DNA of 64,000 nucleotides from Tubiluchus corallicola (taxonomy: Eukaryota; Animalia; Priapulida), in assembly GCA_030141605.1 (NCBI GenBank), contig JAQGDQ010000411.1:62001-126000 (forward strand), read 5' to 3'. Positions 12,153-25,467 of the stretch are shown here, one piece after another. The notes under the pieces were generated by a model, which was given only the letters and a program-made list of their open reading frames with translations, did no database searches and was not told the DNA's origin. Position 1 is the stretch's first letter; each line of letters opens with the position of its first letter. Position numbers and translations under genes: made by a program.

Positions 12153-12564
12153 TAGGGGTGAGCATCGAAGAACGTTCGATGTCGAATCGAACGCTCGAAT
12201 TCGATTCGAACGAGTTTTTTTAGTTCGAACTCGATTCCAATCCAAAACTATAGATTCGAAGAATTCAGCACTTCAATCACACCTGTTCTTTATCACTTTA
12301 CCACTGAAACATCATGCAATTAGCATAATTTAGCTGTGATTTCTGCACACAATTTTAAAGAAATTACTAGTGGTTTTATTGCAGAACAAAATCTAGTGAT
12401 ATGCATGATCTTTGTAAGACTAATATTTGCTGGTGGTTCAAAAACTTGTTCGAAAATCTTTCGATCTCAATTCGAATTCGAAACACTGAAGTTCGGTTCG
12501 AATTCGAAAGTCACAAATTCGGTTCGATTCGAATTCGCTTTCTGCTAGAGAATGCTCACCCCTA
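12153..12564 (+). mobile_element. hAT-like MITE (TAGGGGTGAGCAT TIR), copy 2
   Basis: Same TIRs as copy 1; 8-bp TSD ctaacgaa / ctaaagaa (7 of 8 match). Confidence 0.92.
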
Positions 12565-12574
12565 CTAAAGAATA

Positions 12575-12771
12575 ACGATGCTTCCGCCGAGTCGCCGATG
12601 TTCGTCAATAGAGGCGGATATCATTCTTGCTAATTTTCGGTGACAAGCGAATTACGAAGATTTCCCCCAATTTAACAAGCCACAAGCACAACGTGTTTTT
12701 AATTGTAGAATTTTAAATATTTGAGTTTTGTATTATTATCCTTTTTGTTTAAACTTTTTTCAACTGTAAGT
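12575..12771 (+). promoter_or_regulatory. Probable promoter and 5' non-coding exon of ZNF gene 2
   Basis: CpG-containing patch ending in donor gtaagt at 12766; acceptor tttcag at 13294. Confidence 0.5.
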
Positions 12772-13302
12772 ATCTGTGCTTTGTTCGTTACAACTTGTTT
12801 ACGTAAAATGTAAGTCTGTAACATCACAGTTATCTGCCATCCGAAAAAATGAAACTACTAATCAGTGCATGTCGTAAACATTATTTAATATAATTGATAG
12901 AATTAATAAAAATCAAATTGATGACAAGAAAATAATTTTGTTGAAGACATGCAAAACAAAAGCGACAAATAAAATTAATAAATTAGCCTATTTATCCTGG
13001 AATATGAAATGTGAAGGTTGGTTAACATGGTTTATTCATCATGCATTTGTTTGTTAATTTAAATAGCAAAAATGTAATTTTTCTGAACAGAGTGTCCCTA
13101 ACAAAATGAATGAAATTTGATCGTGACAAAAATAAGTTGCCGTGATGATAAGTGACAAAAAATAAATATTTATGTGTCTATGTATGTGTGTGTGTGTATG
13201 CGTGCATGTGGGTGTATATATTATAGTTTTTGTAATTGCAGCATAAATAGACTTGCAACTATAATAATGTACTATTATATACAACGTGTTTCAGTTGCTG
13301 CA

Positions 13303-14112
13303 ATGGAAAGTGAACCTTTGATCTACTTCAAATGCACCGCTTGCTCTGAGTGCTTCATGTCGGAGGAGATATTCTTTGCTCACACGAGAACCTGGCATTG
13401 TAAAATTCTTATTAGTGAAGGACATCAACCCGGCAGCGACGAAAGCGGAAGAAGCGACGTCACTGATTTAAATTTAGAAGCTGTAAAGCAAGAAGATTTG
13501 AGCTGCTGGGAAGAACCTGCTGGAATGTACAATAGTAAACCAGAATTTGCTGACAGAAATCGCTCTCACGATGGGGGTAATAATTATGAGTTGGAAATCA
13601 TCGACGATAAAAGTGCAGATGATTTTATACCCGGGGTTCCATTACTGGCGGAGAACATTCCTTTCTCACATCCTCTTGGTACAACTTTGATTAAAACCAA
13701 CTCTAAAATGCCCTGCCCATCAGTAAATAAAAGTGGATTGAACACAAAAAGTTTGCCGAAGAAGTCTTTCAGTTCTAGCAGCAGAACAAGTTGTGGTACC
13801 TCACAGAAGTTTACCGCACTAAATAAAGGATCGCACGCATCAATCGCATTAAATTCTGAGGAACATAAACACTTTTTCGGTGCGAAAACTTCACCAGGTA
13901 AACCCGCAGAACGAACTGGAAAAGCGTACGACGTTCGCTACAAGTGCCACTATTGTGAAAAGACATTCAGTAGTAAATCAAATGCCGCACAACATGAAAT
14001 GATCCACACAGGTGAGAAGCCTTTCTCGTGCGAATTGTGCGGCAAATCATATAACAGGGGAAATTTACTGAAGAGACACAAGCTTACGCAACATCAATTG
14101 TTGGTTTCTTGA
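13303..14112 (+). CDS. C2H2 zinc-finger protein (~269 aa), paralog of ZNF gene 1
   Basis: ATG just after the acceptor; N-terminal KCTACSECF..E.IFFAHTRTWHC module; two C-terminal fingers joined by HTGEKPF. Confidence 0.92.
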   Translation: MESEPLIYFKCTACSECFMSEEIFFAHTRTWHCKILISEGHQPGSDESGRSDVTDLNLEAVKQEDLSCWEEPAGMYNSKPEFADRNRSHDGGNNYELEIIDDKSADDFIPGVPLLAENIPFSHPLGTTLIKTNSKMPCPSVNKSGLNTKSLPKKSFSSSSRTSCGTSQKFTALNKGSHASIALNSEEHKHFFGAKTSPGKPAERTGKAYDVRYKCHYCEKTFSSKSNAAQHEMIHTGEKPFSCELCGKSYNRGNLLKRHKLTQHQLLVS

Positions 14113-14330
14113 TAATCCTAAAGATGGTTCAGCAATGGATTCTAACTTGCTTCTAAGAGTTTTTTAGGTGCGAAAGTGAGATGTAAAATAAATTTGACCA
14201 ACTGTCTGCCTTGTTCCTAACTAATAGCTTACAGATGCAGTAAAAGCTGAGCAAAAATTTCTGCAGCATTTCTGATCCAGTGTCTGTGTTATTGGTGATT
14301 ATGATTGCAGACAAGAATATGTAATTTCAT

Positions 14331-14713
14331 AAGCCTTTTCACAGTTCCAGCGATTGATGATGATTGTGAAAAGGTCAAAGGTTAAGTGTACCAGTTAACA
14401 CATTTGTGTACATTTGACAGCGCCTTGCAGCCCAAGCTATTGTAATAGTTACACTTTTAACAGCTAGCTAGAACTTTACCTAGTTAATTTTTTCTTGTTC
14501 TCAAGCAAGATCCTGCTAGTAAATCACTCTATGCACAGACTAATGCATAATTAACTAAAAATCGTGTAAAACAACTGAAGTTACTCAACTGCTGTGGCAG
14601 ATTCCTTTGCTTTATCCACAGTAACAGTTGTAGTTAAGACACATTACTGTGGTACACTTAACCTTTGACCTACACCAAGTTCGTGTATACATAACGAAAC
14701 TGTGAAAAGGCTT
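14331..14713 (+). mobile_element. MITE family C (AAGCCTTTTCACAG TIR; Harbinger-like or TA-target)
   Basis: aagccttttcacagtt ... aactgtgaaaaggctt. Other copies at 25468-25849, 27008-27396, 61545-61889 (inverted) and 46325-46400 (partial). Confidence 0.85.
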
Positions 14714-15044
14714 ATTAGCAAAGCTCAATTATGTGCGATTAGTGTTATCTTTTGTTTGCGTTTCGTATTTTTATAATGCGTTGAAGCCATGAAGTTAGTG
14801 CATTTGCAATTTTATGATCTATTTGATTTTTCCCATGTTGTCTCATTGTAAAAGAAATTTTACATTGTGGTTTAAATTGTTCTTAGAAGTGTACATTGTT
14901 ATTTTCATATTTCCTTTTATGTAAATATTCAACTTGGAAAAAACTTCAAAATATAAAAAGATTATACAACAGCATAATTATTTCAATTTTTTTATTTCAT
15001 ATTTTCATTGTTGGCAGCTGATGTTTTACTAGTAGTTATTTACA

Positions 15045-15565
15045 GTTTTCTTACTGGCTAAAATTAGTGGGGGTGCTGCAAAATTAAAAAAATGTTTAGA
15101 CATTGTTTTATTACTGTGTAAAACGAAACAAACAAGTGTAATTATAATGTTGTAATTGTAAATTTAAACAAACAAACTAATTTAAATGTAACCTCCTAAA
15201 CAAAAAATATTGTTTTTTCGAATAGCGTAAATTGTCACAGTTCAAAAATCTGCTGATACACGGCTTTTAAACACGTGACAACTGACAACACGTACTGCAG
15301 TGAGCGACAGTACTCTTTCTACTTCTAAAGTACAGCATCTTGTCTCAGACATGTGTATGGTGGCATGCGTGCAACAGCCAAATACCACGCTGCTGGAGCA
15401 CACTGTGCTGGGTTGTGAAGCAAATTGTATTTCCCTCATGTGCTCCGGTTCTGCACAAGTTTAAAGAAAGAACTAAAAAAGACTTACTATACGGAATATT
15501 ATCGATAATGAGTGAAAATAGGGATGCTGGAATTTGCACAGTACTTATACACAAGCTGCCACGTC
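15045..15565 (-). mobile_element. Diverged inverted copy of the MITE at 2403-2903
   Basis: Reverse-complement similarity along its length (e.g. gagcgacagtact, gaatattatcga, cacaagctgccac). Confidence 0.75.
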
Positions 15566-15649
15566 TGTTAAGGCATACACCAATATTGATAGCTGCTTCA
15601 GTACACGAGGTGCTGTTAATAATGTTAATAGTATCATACCAGTTTTATG

Positions 15650-17310
15650 TATAATGTCGCTTAACCTGTATTTGCTCTAGGCTGGATTTACCAGTGGAGA
15701 CCCATTTTTATGTTTAGAAAGAGAATTCCAGTAAGAACTTGACAATTCTGTTAGAAAACGAATGTTGAGCTACAGACAGATTAATTTATATTGATTTGTG
15801 GGAATGATCCCTAGAAATTCTAGGAGCATGGGTAAAAAATTCATTTCTGTCTAACTCATTTTTCTTGTGAATAATATTGTAGCACATTTTTAAATCATAA
15901 TAAATTTTCTCTCTTCTAATGACAACACATTCAAAGCTAAAAGTCTGTTAGGTTAAGACAGCAGTAAAGCGACACCTAGCATACAATCTACTAGTGAAAT
16001 GCCTTTCCGCATTTTCACTAATGTTGATGTCTCTCATTAGATGGGGACACCATACTGGTGTACACGATACTCGACAATAAGGCAGACATAAGATCTAAAA
16101 GCATTAAGTAAATCCTATTGTAATCGTACTATGTTGAACCAAAGTTTGGTACCGCACGCAGTCAGAGGTGTCTCGTACACTTTCAATAATGCCGACATCT
16201 CTCGTTAGGTGGGGACACCATGCTATACGTACAATATACCTCTGCAAAAGAGCGAATATAAGATTTTAAAGCATTAAGTAAGATGTCGCTATCAGTTGTA
16301 AACTAAAATCATGTTTGTTACGCGATTTGCTTTAAAAGTAACTTCACAGCAATGCTCACTAAACTAAAGTACAAGAAAAGGGGCACCTAAAGCAGATTTC
16401 AGAAAATCTCCTTAAACACTATATTACTTTACAGCAATTTTATCCGTATATCTTACTCGCACTGAAAGAATTTTTGTTTGTTTTCATTTTAAATCTCCCG
16501 CAATACTGTTCCGAGCGCGCCATTATATGACGTCATATAAGCACAATGTAAATCAGGGGAAGAAAGGGAAATGTTAAACTATGTCCCAAAAAATTTCCAT
16601 GCAAATCTATAATACTTGTCATTTCGCTTACCTGCTTAAAAAAGTTATGTAACTAGAAGTGATAATTTAAAATGTTTGTGTCAGTTGGTAAAATGTCGCT
16701 GACTCACCCTCCAGGGTGCGCCATTCACTGACCAAAAATGTATTTTTAATCTTATTGACAAGATACAGTAATTTAAGATTTTACTTACCTAGTAACGTGT
16801 GAGCTACGAATGCTCTGGTTATTTTTTTAAACTTTACCCAATGTTATCGAAACTTGTTTCAGACGACCCACCATCAAAATGGCTGCTCCTAACGGTCATC
16901 GCGGGAGTTTAACTTTTGTACAGCGTTACTGACGACACAAGCCCTGTATGCAAAAAGGCAGTATGTAAGTGGTATAAAATTTCATGCTGAATTTTTAAGC
17001 TTTATGTAAGTGGGGGGTTTTCTTGTGCTTAAAGAATACTGGATATAATACGTAAATTACACAGAGAAGTTTTACTAAGAATTAAAGCTCGGCATAATAA
17101 CTACGCTATAGAAGAATTCCTACTTCCTAAACGGAGAATTTATCAAACTGCCATAGCTTTGACCGTTCTAAAGGGCATGTCTAATGAGCTTTGTAAAACT
17201 TCAAAATCATTTATTGTTACAGTATGATACAATTTGACATCAGCAGCAAAAGTTTTACTGTAGAATTTAACTGTAGAAATAACCAAGCAAATCACTGATA
17301 AAAGGACAAA
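15650..17310 (-). mobile_element. Decayed CR1-like LINE pieces interrupted by a MITE
   Basis: FAADVKLY...LQSSLD (17140-17270); two degenerate versions of the YVRPILEY.SPVWSP region (16040-16115, 16210-16350). Confidence 0.7.
16368..17029 (+). mobile_element. MITE family A (TTAA-target, Kolobok-like)
   Basis: agtacaagaaaa ... ttttcttgtgct termini; family copies at 23373-23821, 52471-53141 and 59375-60042. Confidence 0.8.
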
Positions 17311-17319
17311 TCTTGTAGA

Positions 17320-18022
17320 CCAACCGAACAAATCTTGTTTAGAATGTTTTCTACTGATGATAAAGACATATTGTTAAAATTGTTCATAGTTTACATAAGA
17401 CCTATCATAGAGTGTTGCTCGCCAGTCTGGAACAGCTGGAATAGCTTTATTGGGTAATACTGACCGTACTGAATGTGTACAGCGATACTTTACTCGTTTT
17501 ACAAATGTAATTTAATGTATATGCCATATCCCAAGCGTGTGGATATTCTACATCTAAAGTCTTTAGAAGAGAGACGCATTCAAAAAGATTTAGCTTTATA
17601 CTATCAAATTATTCATAGAGAAGTTGTTGTTGATTTTGACAAATTTGTTTACCCGAGTATCTTGCAATAGGCAAAATACTCATTGCAAAATCATTCTCTG
17701 AAGCTTTTCGTGCGTTGAACTGCCAAAGTATCATTTGGTCAATTTTCCTCAAGTCGAGTTGTACCGATTTGGAACTCATGCATATGTTGATAGTGCACCC
17801 CTCGTAACTGCACAAAATATTAAGTTATTTAACAGCCGTTTATATAAAGTTAACTTGCATAAATTCCTTGTATACAATAGACACGTGTAAGCAGTTAATC
17901 TCTTTGTGTCTTTACCAAACTCTTGTAAATATTGTATTTGTATGTTTTTTGTCAACGTGTTTTATATATATTGTTTTTATAGACTGTATATTACTATTGT
18001 GTCTAAATAAAATAAAATAAAA
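17320..18022 (+). mobile_element. CR1-like LINE 3' end
   Basis: KLFIVYIRPIIECCSPVWN, LHLKSLEERRIQKDLALYYQIIH; ends in an (AAATA)n tail at ~18005-18022. Confidence 0.8.
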
Positions 18023-18807
18023 CAGATCCTTCACGGAAATGTGACAAAAACCCTTCAATTTCTGTTCTCGGGCTTCCGGTGTGAAGATGAGGAAGTTGTC
18101 ATGGTAATGTAATTAGTTTGTTAGTTTTTCTCTGCTGCCGTCAGGCAAAACAGCTCTCACAGAGTCATAATTACCTTATTAGGCAAACTCACATTCGTAA
18201 TTGTGCTTACACATTTACAGCAGATTCCGATGTCACGACTAATTAAACTATGATGAGTGACTAAAGGCGTGTTCACATATTATAACTGTTCACACGATGT
18301 TTTATAATGTTGCCTTTCAGTAAAGTGGGTAACTATGTAGCTAATAGGTAAAATTCCATTAAAGTGGGTCAATTACGTAGATCAGCAGGCTCATTTAGGT
18401 CACACAGATGCTGTCTTCCTTTTATATGTGATATTGTTTCCCCACTTAAACAGTTAAATTTGTTAAATTTGGACGATTTGTTAAATTTTACCATAGCTGC
18501 TTATATAGTTAAAATCACATGGCCAATTTCTTTGCTCATAATTCACGATTTCATGCCTCTTCTATAATGGGTTATAATTTGTTATCTATTTGTAACGAGT
18601 AGAAAACTTTTTACACAAATGAAAATTTTCTTTCTAAAGTTTTTTCCTGTACATTAGATGTAAGATCTAATGCTAGCAAGGAACAAATACGGACTGTAAA
18701 TTTCATTAAAGAAGTTATATGGGCTCTAGAACGTAGGAATGAGTTGTACGCCGTACTAACATATCTTACCCATCACTTAATTGTATATGTTCACATTACT
18801 TACATGC

Positions 18808-18868
18808 ACGTACGCACACGCATACACGCACACGCACGCACGCACACACACACACACACGCACACGCA

Positions 18869-18925
<57 letters not shown>
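18808..18925. repeat. (CA)n/(CACG)n microsatellite
   Basis: Directly visible. Confidence 0.97.
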
Positions 18926-18927
<2 letters not shown>

Positions 18928-19034
18928 ATATATGTTTGTTTGTTTAATCACTATTACATATTACATACATTACATTACAATCTAATAAACAAGACACATT
19001 TAAACAACAGTGAAAGAAACGTTTACAAGAGACA

Positions 19035-19400
19035 AAATGTAAAAAGAGTCCAATAAAAACTATGCATTTTGGCATAATTAATGCTGCAAAAGTGTTTCTG
19101 ATAATGAAATAGTAGACTAAAAACTTAATTAACGGCGGGCGAGCCCAACTATTGATGACATCACAAACTAACATAATTTTTAACAGCAAAAATATTCCAC
19201 GGGCGTGTTGCACGTGTTTGCGAAAACGAAAATTGAAGTTCAGTGCTACTGTAAGATATTCAGTATGTTGTGCTAAAACATGGCAAGTTTTAAGATAAGA
19301 ATTCAGATTTACTGCCGTGGTCACGCATGAGCTGTCGAACGTATGTAGTACGTCACAAACGAACACTGAGCTGAGAGCGAGGTTGCAGGTGAAATAGACA
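19035..19400 (+). mobile_element. MITE family B, partial copy
   Basis: Shares aacttaattaacggcgggcgagcccaactattgatgacatcacaaac with 36736-37366. Confidence 0.75.
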
Positions 19401-20697
19401 CTTGTCCTGCACAGCATCAGCAGGATTGAACCCTCGGACAAAATTTTTACCCAAACGTGCTGCTGCATTAGATGCTTGTGTAAAAATTAAACAACAGGCA
19501 ACACGTTTATAATTTTGTCAAAACGTTTGATGTGATTGTGCAAATGTATAATAAGATTTTCATTACTATAATTTCAAATTTGCAATGTACCAATGTGCTA
19601 TCTACATAGTTGTGACCTTTATGTTATTGTTTAATTTTGTATGACAAACAAGTGGCATTTAACATGCAAAAATTGCATAGATTTAAAGTTAAGACCCAGA
19701 TAGCTATTGTTGGAATTTTCTAACAAAATTTGTTCTTATAGATCCATTGTTGTTATGCTCACCTACATTATATAATGATTTTCAGTTTGCTTATTTTCCA
19801 AATTGTTTTCCTGAGTGCTTGAGTGTATTCGATTTGGCCAATTTGATGTGTATTATGTATTGTATCTTTGTGCATTGTTATTGATTCTGCATTATTTGAA
19901 TTAGGCTTGCGTGAGAAGAAAATTAAAATACGTTGCGCGCAACATAAATCTTAAAATTTTCCTCGTACTAGCTACAAGTAGTGCAATTAAAAGTTATAGT
20001 ATGGTAAATTTGTAAGAAAATTTTTGGTACTAGCCTGCGGTTTCTGTATGTTGGTAGTAATGACATTATTATATTTTACTGTTTCAGTATTTTGCTCACA
20101 CATATTTTATTTTTTCTAATTTGTATATTTTGATTTTGGTTCAGAGCAACTTATTAGCTTACATAGCGCACTATGTGTGAGTTTCACATCATTTGCTACA
20201 AATTTGGCAATGTTGCCATTACATTGTGTGTGTATTATTTTTCATGTGTTGATGATAGAAGGAATATTTCAATTTTTTGATATTGTCGATTATTTAAATG
20301 ATTATTTTTTCGGTATCTTGATAATAGTTTCTTGTATACGTGTAATCATCGATTGTGATGATTTTCACTGTCAATGTTTAGCAGTAATAATTCGAACTTG
20401 AATAGTTTGTGTATTGTAATTTGATAATAATTGTTCTTGTCTTTTTCTTGGGGGAGTGTTGTGAAGTTTGGGCTTCACGATTCACCCGCCGTAAAGAAGC
20501 CATTGTGAATTAATTTACGTATAGCTGTAGGAACTGGTTTGAGGAGTTAACCTAGTTAAAAGAAGTTAGAGTTGTTGAGTTGATATGAAACAGAAAACAT
20601 GTATATTGCGCTTTCGAAAAAGGAATAAATTTAGCGTTATGACAGAAGGAAAAGTTCTCGTTTTCGTTTTACTGTCGTCGAAAAAGTCACCACGACA

Positions 20698-21190
20698 AGT
20701 GTTTCTGATAATGAAATAATAGAGTAAAAACTTAATTAACGGCGGGCGAGCCCAGCTATTGATGGCATCACAAACTAACAAAATTTTTAACAGCAAAAAT
20801 ATTCCACGGGCGTGTTTGCGAAAACGAAAATTGAAGTTCAGTGTTACTGTAAGATATTCAGTGTGTTGTACGAAAACTAGGCAAGTTTTAAGATAATAAT
20901 TCAAATTTACCGCTGTGGTCACGCATGAGCTGTCGATCGTGTGTAGTACGTCACAAACGAACACTGAGCTGAGACCTGTTTCCTGTGCAACGCGTTTGCG
21001 AAATTCAGGCGCTAGTGCCCGTCTAACTAACGAATGGCGAAGAACTAGTGGCACGAACGCAAAATCGTGTTTGTGTGGTAATAATTCTTTCACGCAAGTC
21101 ATTTAAAAAAAAAACAGTAGATTTTCTTTCAGTATTTTAAAGAGTAGATTGTTTTGACCTACAGCTTAAGATTGAATCGGGTTTTGCTTC
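20698..21190 (+). mobile_element. MITE family B, partial copy
   Basis: Same internal sequence as 36736-37366. Confidence 0.75.
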
Positions 21191-22556
21191 AAAGTCACAA
21201 TAAATACAAATTCGCTCAGGCAGATGTATTTTATAAGGTTTTTGATAGTGACCAGTTTCAACGACCAATTTGAGGAAACTTATCCAAAAAATTAGTATAG
21301 TTTAGTACAGCCTGTTTTGTGGCGTTCAGTAACACGCCATCACACATCACACACAAAAGGAAGACAGCATCTGTGTGACCTAATTGAGCCTGCTGATCTA
21401 CGTAGTATGTGACCCACTTTAATGAAATTTTACTCATTATCTACATAGTAAGTTACCCACTTTACTGGAAGGCAACGGGACAAAACATCGTGTGAACTGT
21501 TATAACCCAGATAAATGTGAACACGCCTTTAGTCACTCATTATAGTTTAATTAGTCCTGACATCAGAATGTGCTGTAAATGTGTAAGCACAATTACAAAC
21601 GTGAGTTTGCCTAATAAGGTAATTATGACTCTGTTTTGCCTGACGGCAGCAGGGAAAGACTAACAAACTAATTACATTACCATGACAACTTCCACATCTT
21701 CACACCGGAAGCCCGAGAACAGAAATTGAAGGATTTTTGTCACATTTCCGTGAAGGATCTGTTTTATTTTATTTTATTTACACTCAATAGTAATATACAG
21801 TCTATAAAGCAATATATATAAAATAGTTTTTAATATATATAATATATAATAGTTTTAAATATATATAATATGTTTATTAGTTTTGAAGCCGGTATTCCTT
21901 TATGAAGGTGCGATATCTCCTCATTTTATTTTAAGCATCTCCCCTACTTGTATTCTTCTTGTGATCAAACAGCAGGATGTCTCTCACTGATAATCGTCTC
22001 TTAATTACGCAGCGAGTAAGCTTTGTCAACCATACTGTATCAACAACAAGTAATGACATCCCTAGCGAACCCCAGTAGTCATCATGGCTTCACGTATTCG
22101 CTTCGTCGCGCACGTAAAAAGACGCGCATAGCTGCGCAACTTAGTAACATGCGTACCTGCGAAGTTTTCATTAAATTTCTCATCATTTTAAATCGCGCTC
22201 GTACCATATGGATGCGATAAGTGAATTGCGTAGATTTGTACGACCGTCACGCGTCGGTTTGATTTTTGGCATTTGAAAAGTTGAGATGATGTTTAAGAAA
22301 GAAGAGTGTTTATTAATTCGTTTCTTTTTGAGTGATAATCGCGCATGTGGTTTCAATACCTCTATTTCATGTTGACCTCATAATGAGTGAATCTGACTGT
22401 CTATGTAACCCACCTGATACGCACTGTTGTCTGTGCATACGGGCGTATGAATAATTCACGAAATATTTCCAATGGAAATTAACCGTACGAACAGAATTTG
22501 TAAGTTTCAAAATGTACCTTAGTGGAAGTTGTTTGTTTTTTGAAGCGTGTATCGAT

Positions 22557-23284
22557 CAGTGGCGTAGCTAATGGGGGAGCAAGCAAGGCGACCAACTGCT
22601 CCCCCTAACACATTTTTTTCACAATTGGCGCCTTTTTAAATTTTTTTTCACTTGTGGGATTGCTGAACGATCCTTTAATCTCCTAACAAACAAAGTTCTA
22701 TCTTCATTCTACAATGGGCAAGGACAGATTGTCTGGGTTAGTTTTGCTCTCCATTGAAAGGGAGTTTTGTTTTTTGCAGTGGCGTAACTAACTGGGGGGG
22801 GGGGGGGGAGCAACTGCTCCCCGATCCTTTAATCGTTTAAAACAGACAAAGTCCTACCTTCATTCTACAATGGACGAGGATAGATTGACTGGGTTCGTTT
22901 TGCTCTCCATTGAAAGAGTTGACTACTGAAGTGGAAAAATACTTTGCTATAATGAACCCAAGATGAGAGAGACTGTTGTAGTTCCTTCATGATACATTTT
23001 TCACAATGATTCATTTTGTTTTCATTTTAAGTTTAAAATTAAAACAATTAAATCACACACATTTTTATCATGTTTTGAGATTTTTGAACTTACTGTAAAA
23101 CTTTTAATTGTGTTTTAATTTGAAATACAAAATAACAATATATTACTTCCTTCAAAACTGTATCTTTCTCATGCTTTGATTTTAAACACAAAATTAGAAT
23201 GTACAATCAATGCGTTAAAAATTGTTTAGCAAGCGTTTTTTATGTGCTTGCTCCCCCTCACTTTAGAACCTGGCTACGCCCCTG
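22557..23284. mobile_element. hAT-like MITE with a tandemly duplicated left end
   Basis: cagtggcgtagct ... ggctacgcccctg; perfect 8-bp TSD gtatcgat; second left end cagtggcgtaact at 22777. Confidence 0.9.
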
Positions 23285-23372
23285 GTATCGATCGTTGCAT
23301 ACAGTTTGTTTGGATCATTAATTTTATTTGTTTGTCTTTGAAACTTGTGACCCACCTCGTATGTCAAATTAA

Positions 23373-23821
23373 AGCACAAGAAAACTCTTCATAAACATAA
23401 AGCTTGAAAAATTCGCTTACGTACTGCCTTTTTGCATGCAGGACTTCATCGGCAGTCACGCTGTATAAAACATGTAAATTTAAACTCCCGCGATGACCGT
23501 TAAACGCAGCCATTTTCAGGTCATTTGAAACAAGTTTAGATAACATTTTGTAAAGTTTGAAAAAATAATCAGAGCATTCGTAGCGCACTCTTCACTGGCT
23601 AAGCAAAAGCTCAAATCACTTTGTCTTGTCAATAAGATTAATAATTATTTTTGTGTGTGAATCAGTGGTGCACACTGGGATAGGGATGGAGTGCGTTTTT
23701 CCAGGTGGAACGAATATTTTTAACCGTTAAGAATTTTCGTTTCGAATTACCTAAGTTTTTCAAGCAGGAAAGCTTAATGCTAAGTAATGTATCTGTGTAT
23801 CAAAAGTTCTTTCTTTCCCTT
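23373..23821 (-). mobile_element. MITE family A, internally shortened inverted copy
   Basis: ttaa|agcacaagaaaac start; matches the start of the 52471 copy. Confidence 0.7.
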
Positions 23822-24328
23822 TTAATAACATTTAACAACCGAGTGGAACCCAAAGACGTTGGAAACCGTGAATGAGCTCCTTTGAGACTGCGAGAGAATC
23901 ACAATGTTCGTAAACTTAGGTCTAATACTGCTGTTAGATAATTTTTTAATTATCAATATGGCAGTAGGGCATCGTGTACGTGTGAAGTGAACCGCATTCC
24001 ACATTTCACTGTCATAAGTAGAAAACCTGCATATAATATCTGGTCAAGAATCAGTGGATGAACGTGGTAATTTCATTATTAGTGGTTTTATTAACGCGTC
24101 GGACGTACGATAAAACTCAAACTTCGTGTTGCAGGTAGTTTTATCAGGTTCAATTATATAACTTCTGCATAAACGATAATTTTTACTTTGTATGTAATTT
24201 TTTACTCTAATATCTAATTTTATGTGATTTTTTTAGTTATAGATTTTTAACATTGTGTGCTATAGTTTAAATTGCATGTGTGTATTTATTTGTATATATA
24301 ACTTTTAACCGAAATAAACTGATCAATT

Positions 24329-24792
<464 letters not shown>

Positions 24793-25467
24793 ACATCAAA
24801 ATATTAATTTATAAAATTTTGAATCTTTCGTGGGCAAAAACCTTCCCGTTGTAAATCAATAAGATTCGCTTACATGATTTATGATTTAAAGGTTTAGTGA
24901 ACGAAATTAGTGCAGAAATACAGGTTGTTCCAAAACAAACAGTACAGTTGAAAATGCGTTGAATAAATGCGAGTGAGTGTCAAGGCAAACAATATCTCAA
25001 TGTTGTTAATCATTAATCCTAGTATATAACTTAATACTAAACAGCATTAATTGTGATTTTATCTGCACAAAATTATCATTTTGGCGGTAAAATTGAACAG
25101 GTAAAAATAACACAGGTAAAAATGGCTTAGACAAACACTATACAGAATGTTGGTGCATTATTGATTATAATTCTATTTAACGAGCAAAATATGTTAAGTG
25201 TTTTGCTAGTCTATAAAATGTTGATGTATGTATGTTTTCTTGTTTGGCTTTGTTTTAATCAGACGGACATGTTTAAGATTTTTCGACCTTGGCGGAGATC
25301 TGTCTTCTACGGAGCGCCATTCTAGTTTTATTTTAGAAATCAAAAAAACTTCTGTGTCATTTTTATCTACATTCCACTTTGGCAAATATCAGCACATAAC
25401 TATTGCACTAGTTTTTTTAGAGCGCCCTGTAAACACAATTGAATCTGCAGCATGCAAAAATGATAAA

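Larger units (their letters stand above)
17958..21823. repeat. Long inverted repeat, arms ~17958-18432 and ~21346-21823
   Basis: For example cagatccttcacggaaatgtgacaaaaa at 18022 versus tttttgtcacatttccgtgaaggatctg at ~21735-21761; near-identical over ~470 bp. Confidence 0.92.

Noticed and set aside
17040-18022. Twin-priming 5' inversion of a single LINE
   Set aside because: The minus- and plus-strand pieces cover overlapping parts of the RT C-terminus and differ in sequence, so they are separate copies.
18944-21102. 174-aa and 178-aa similar minus-strand ORFs
   Set aside because: They lie in MITE family B copies; other copies have indels and stops, and no protein motif is recognisable.
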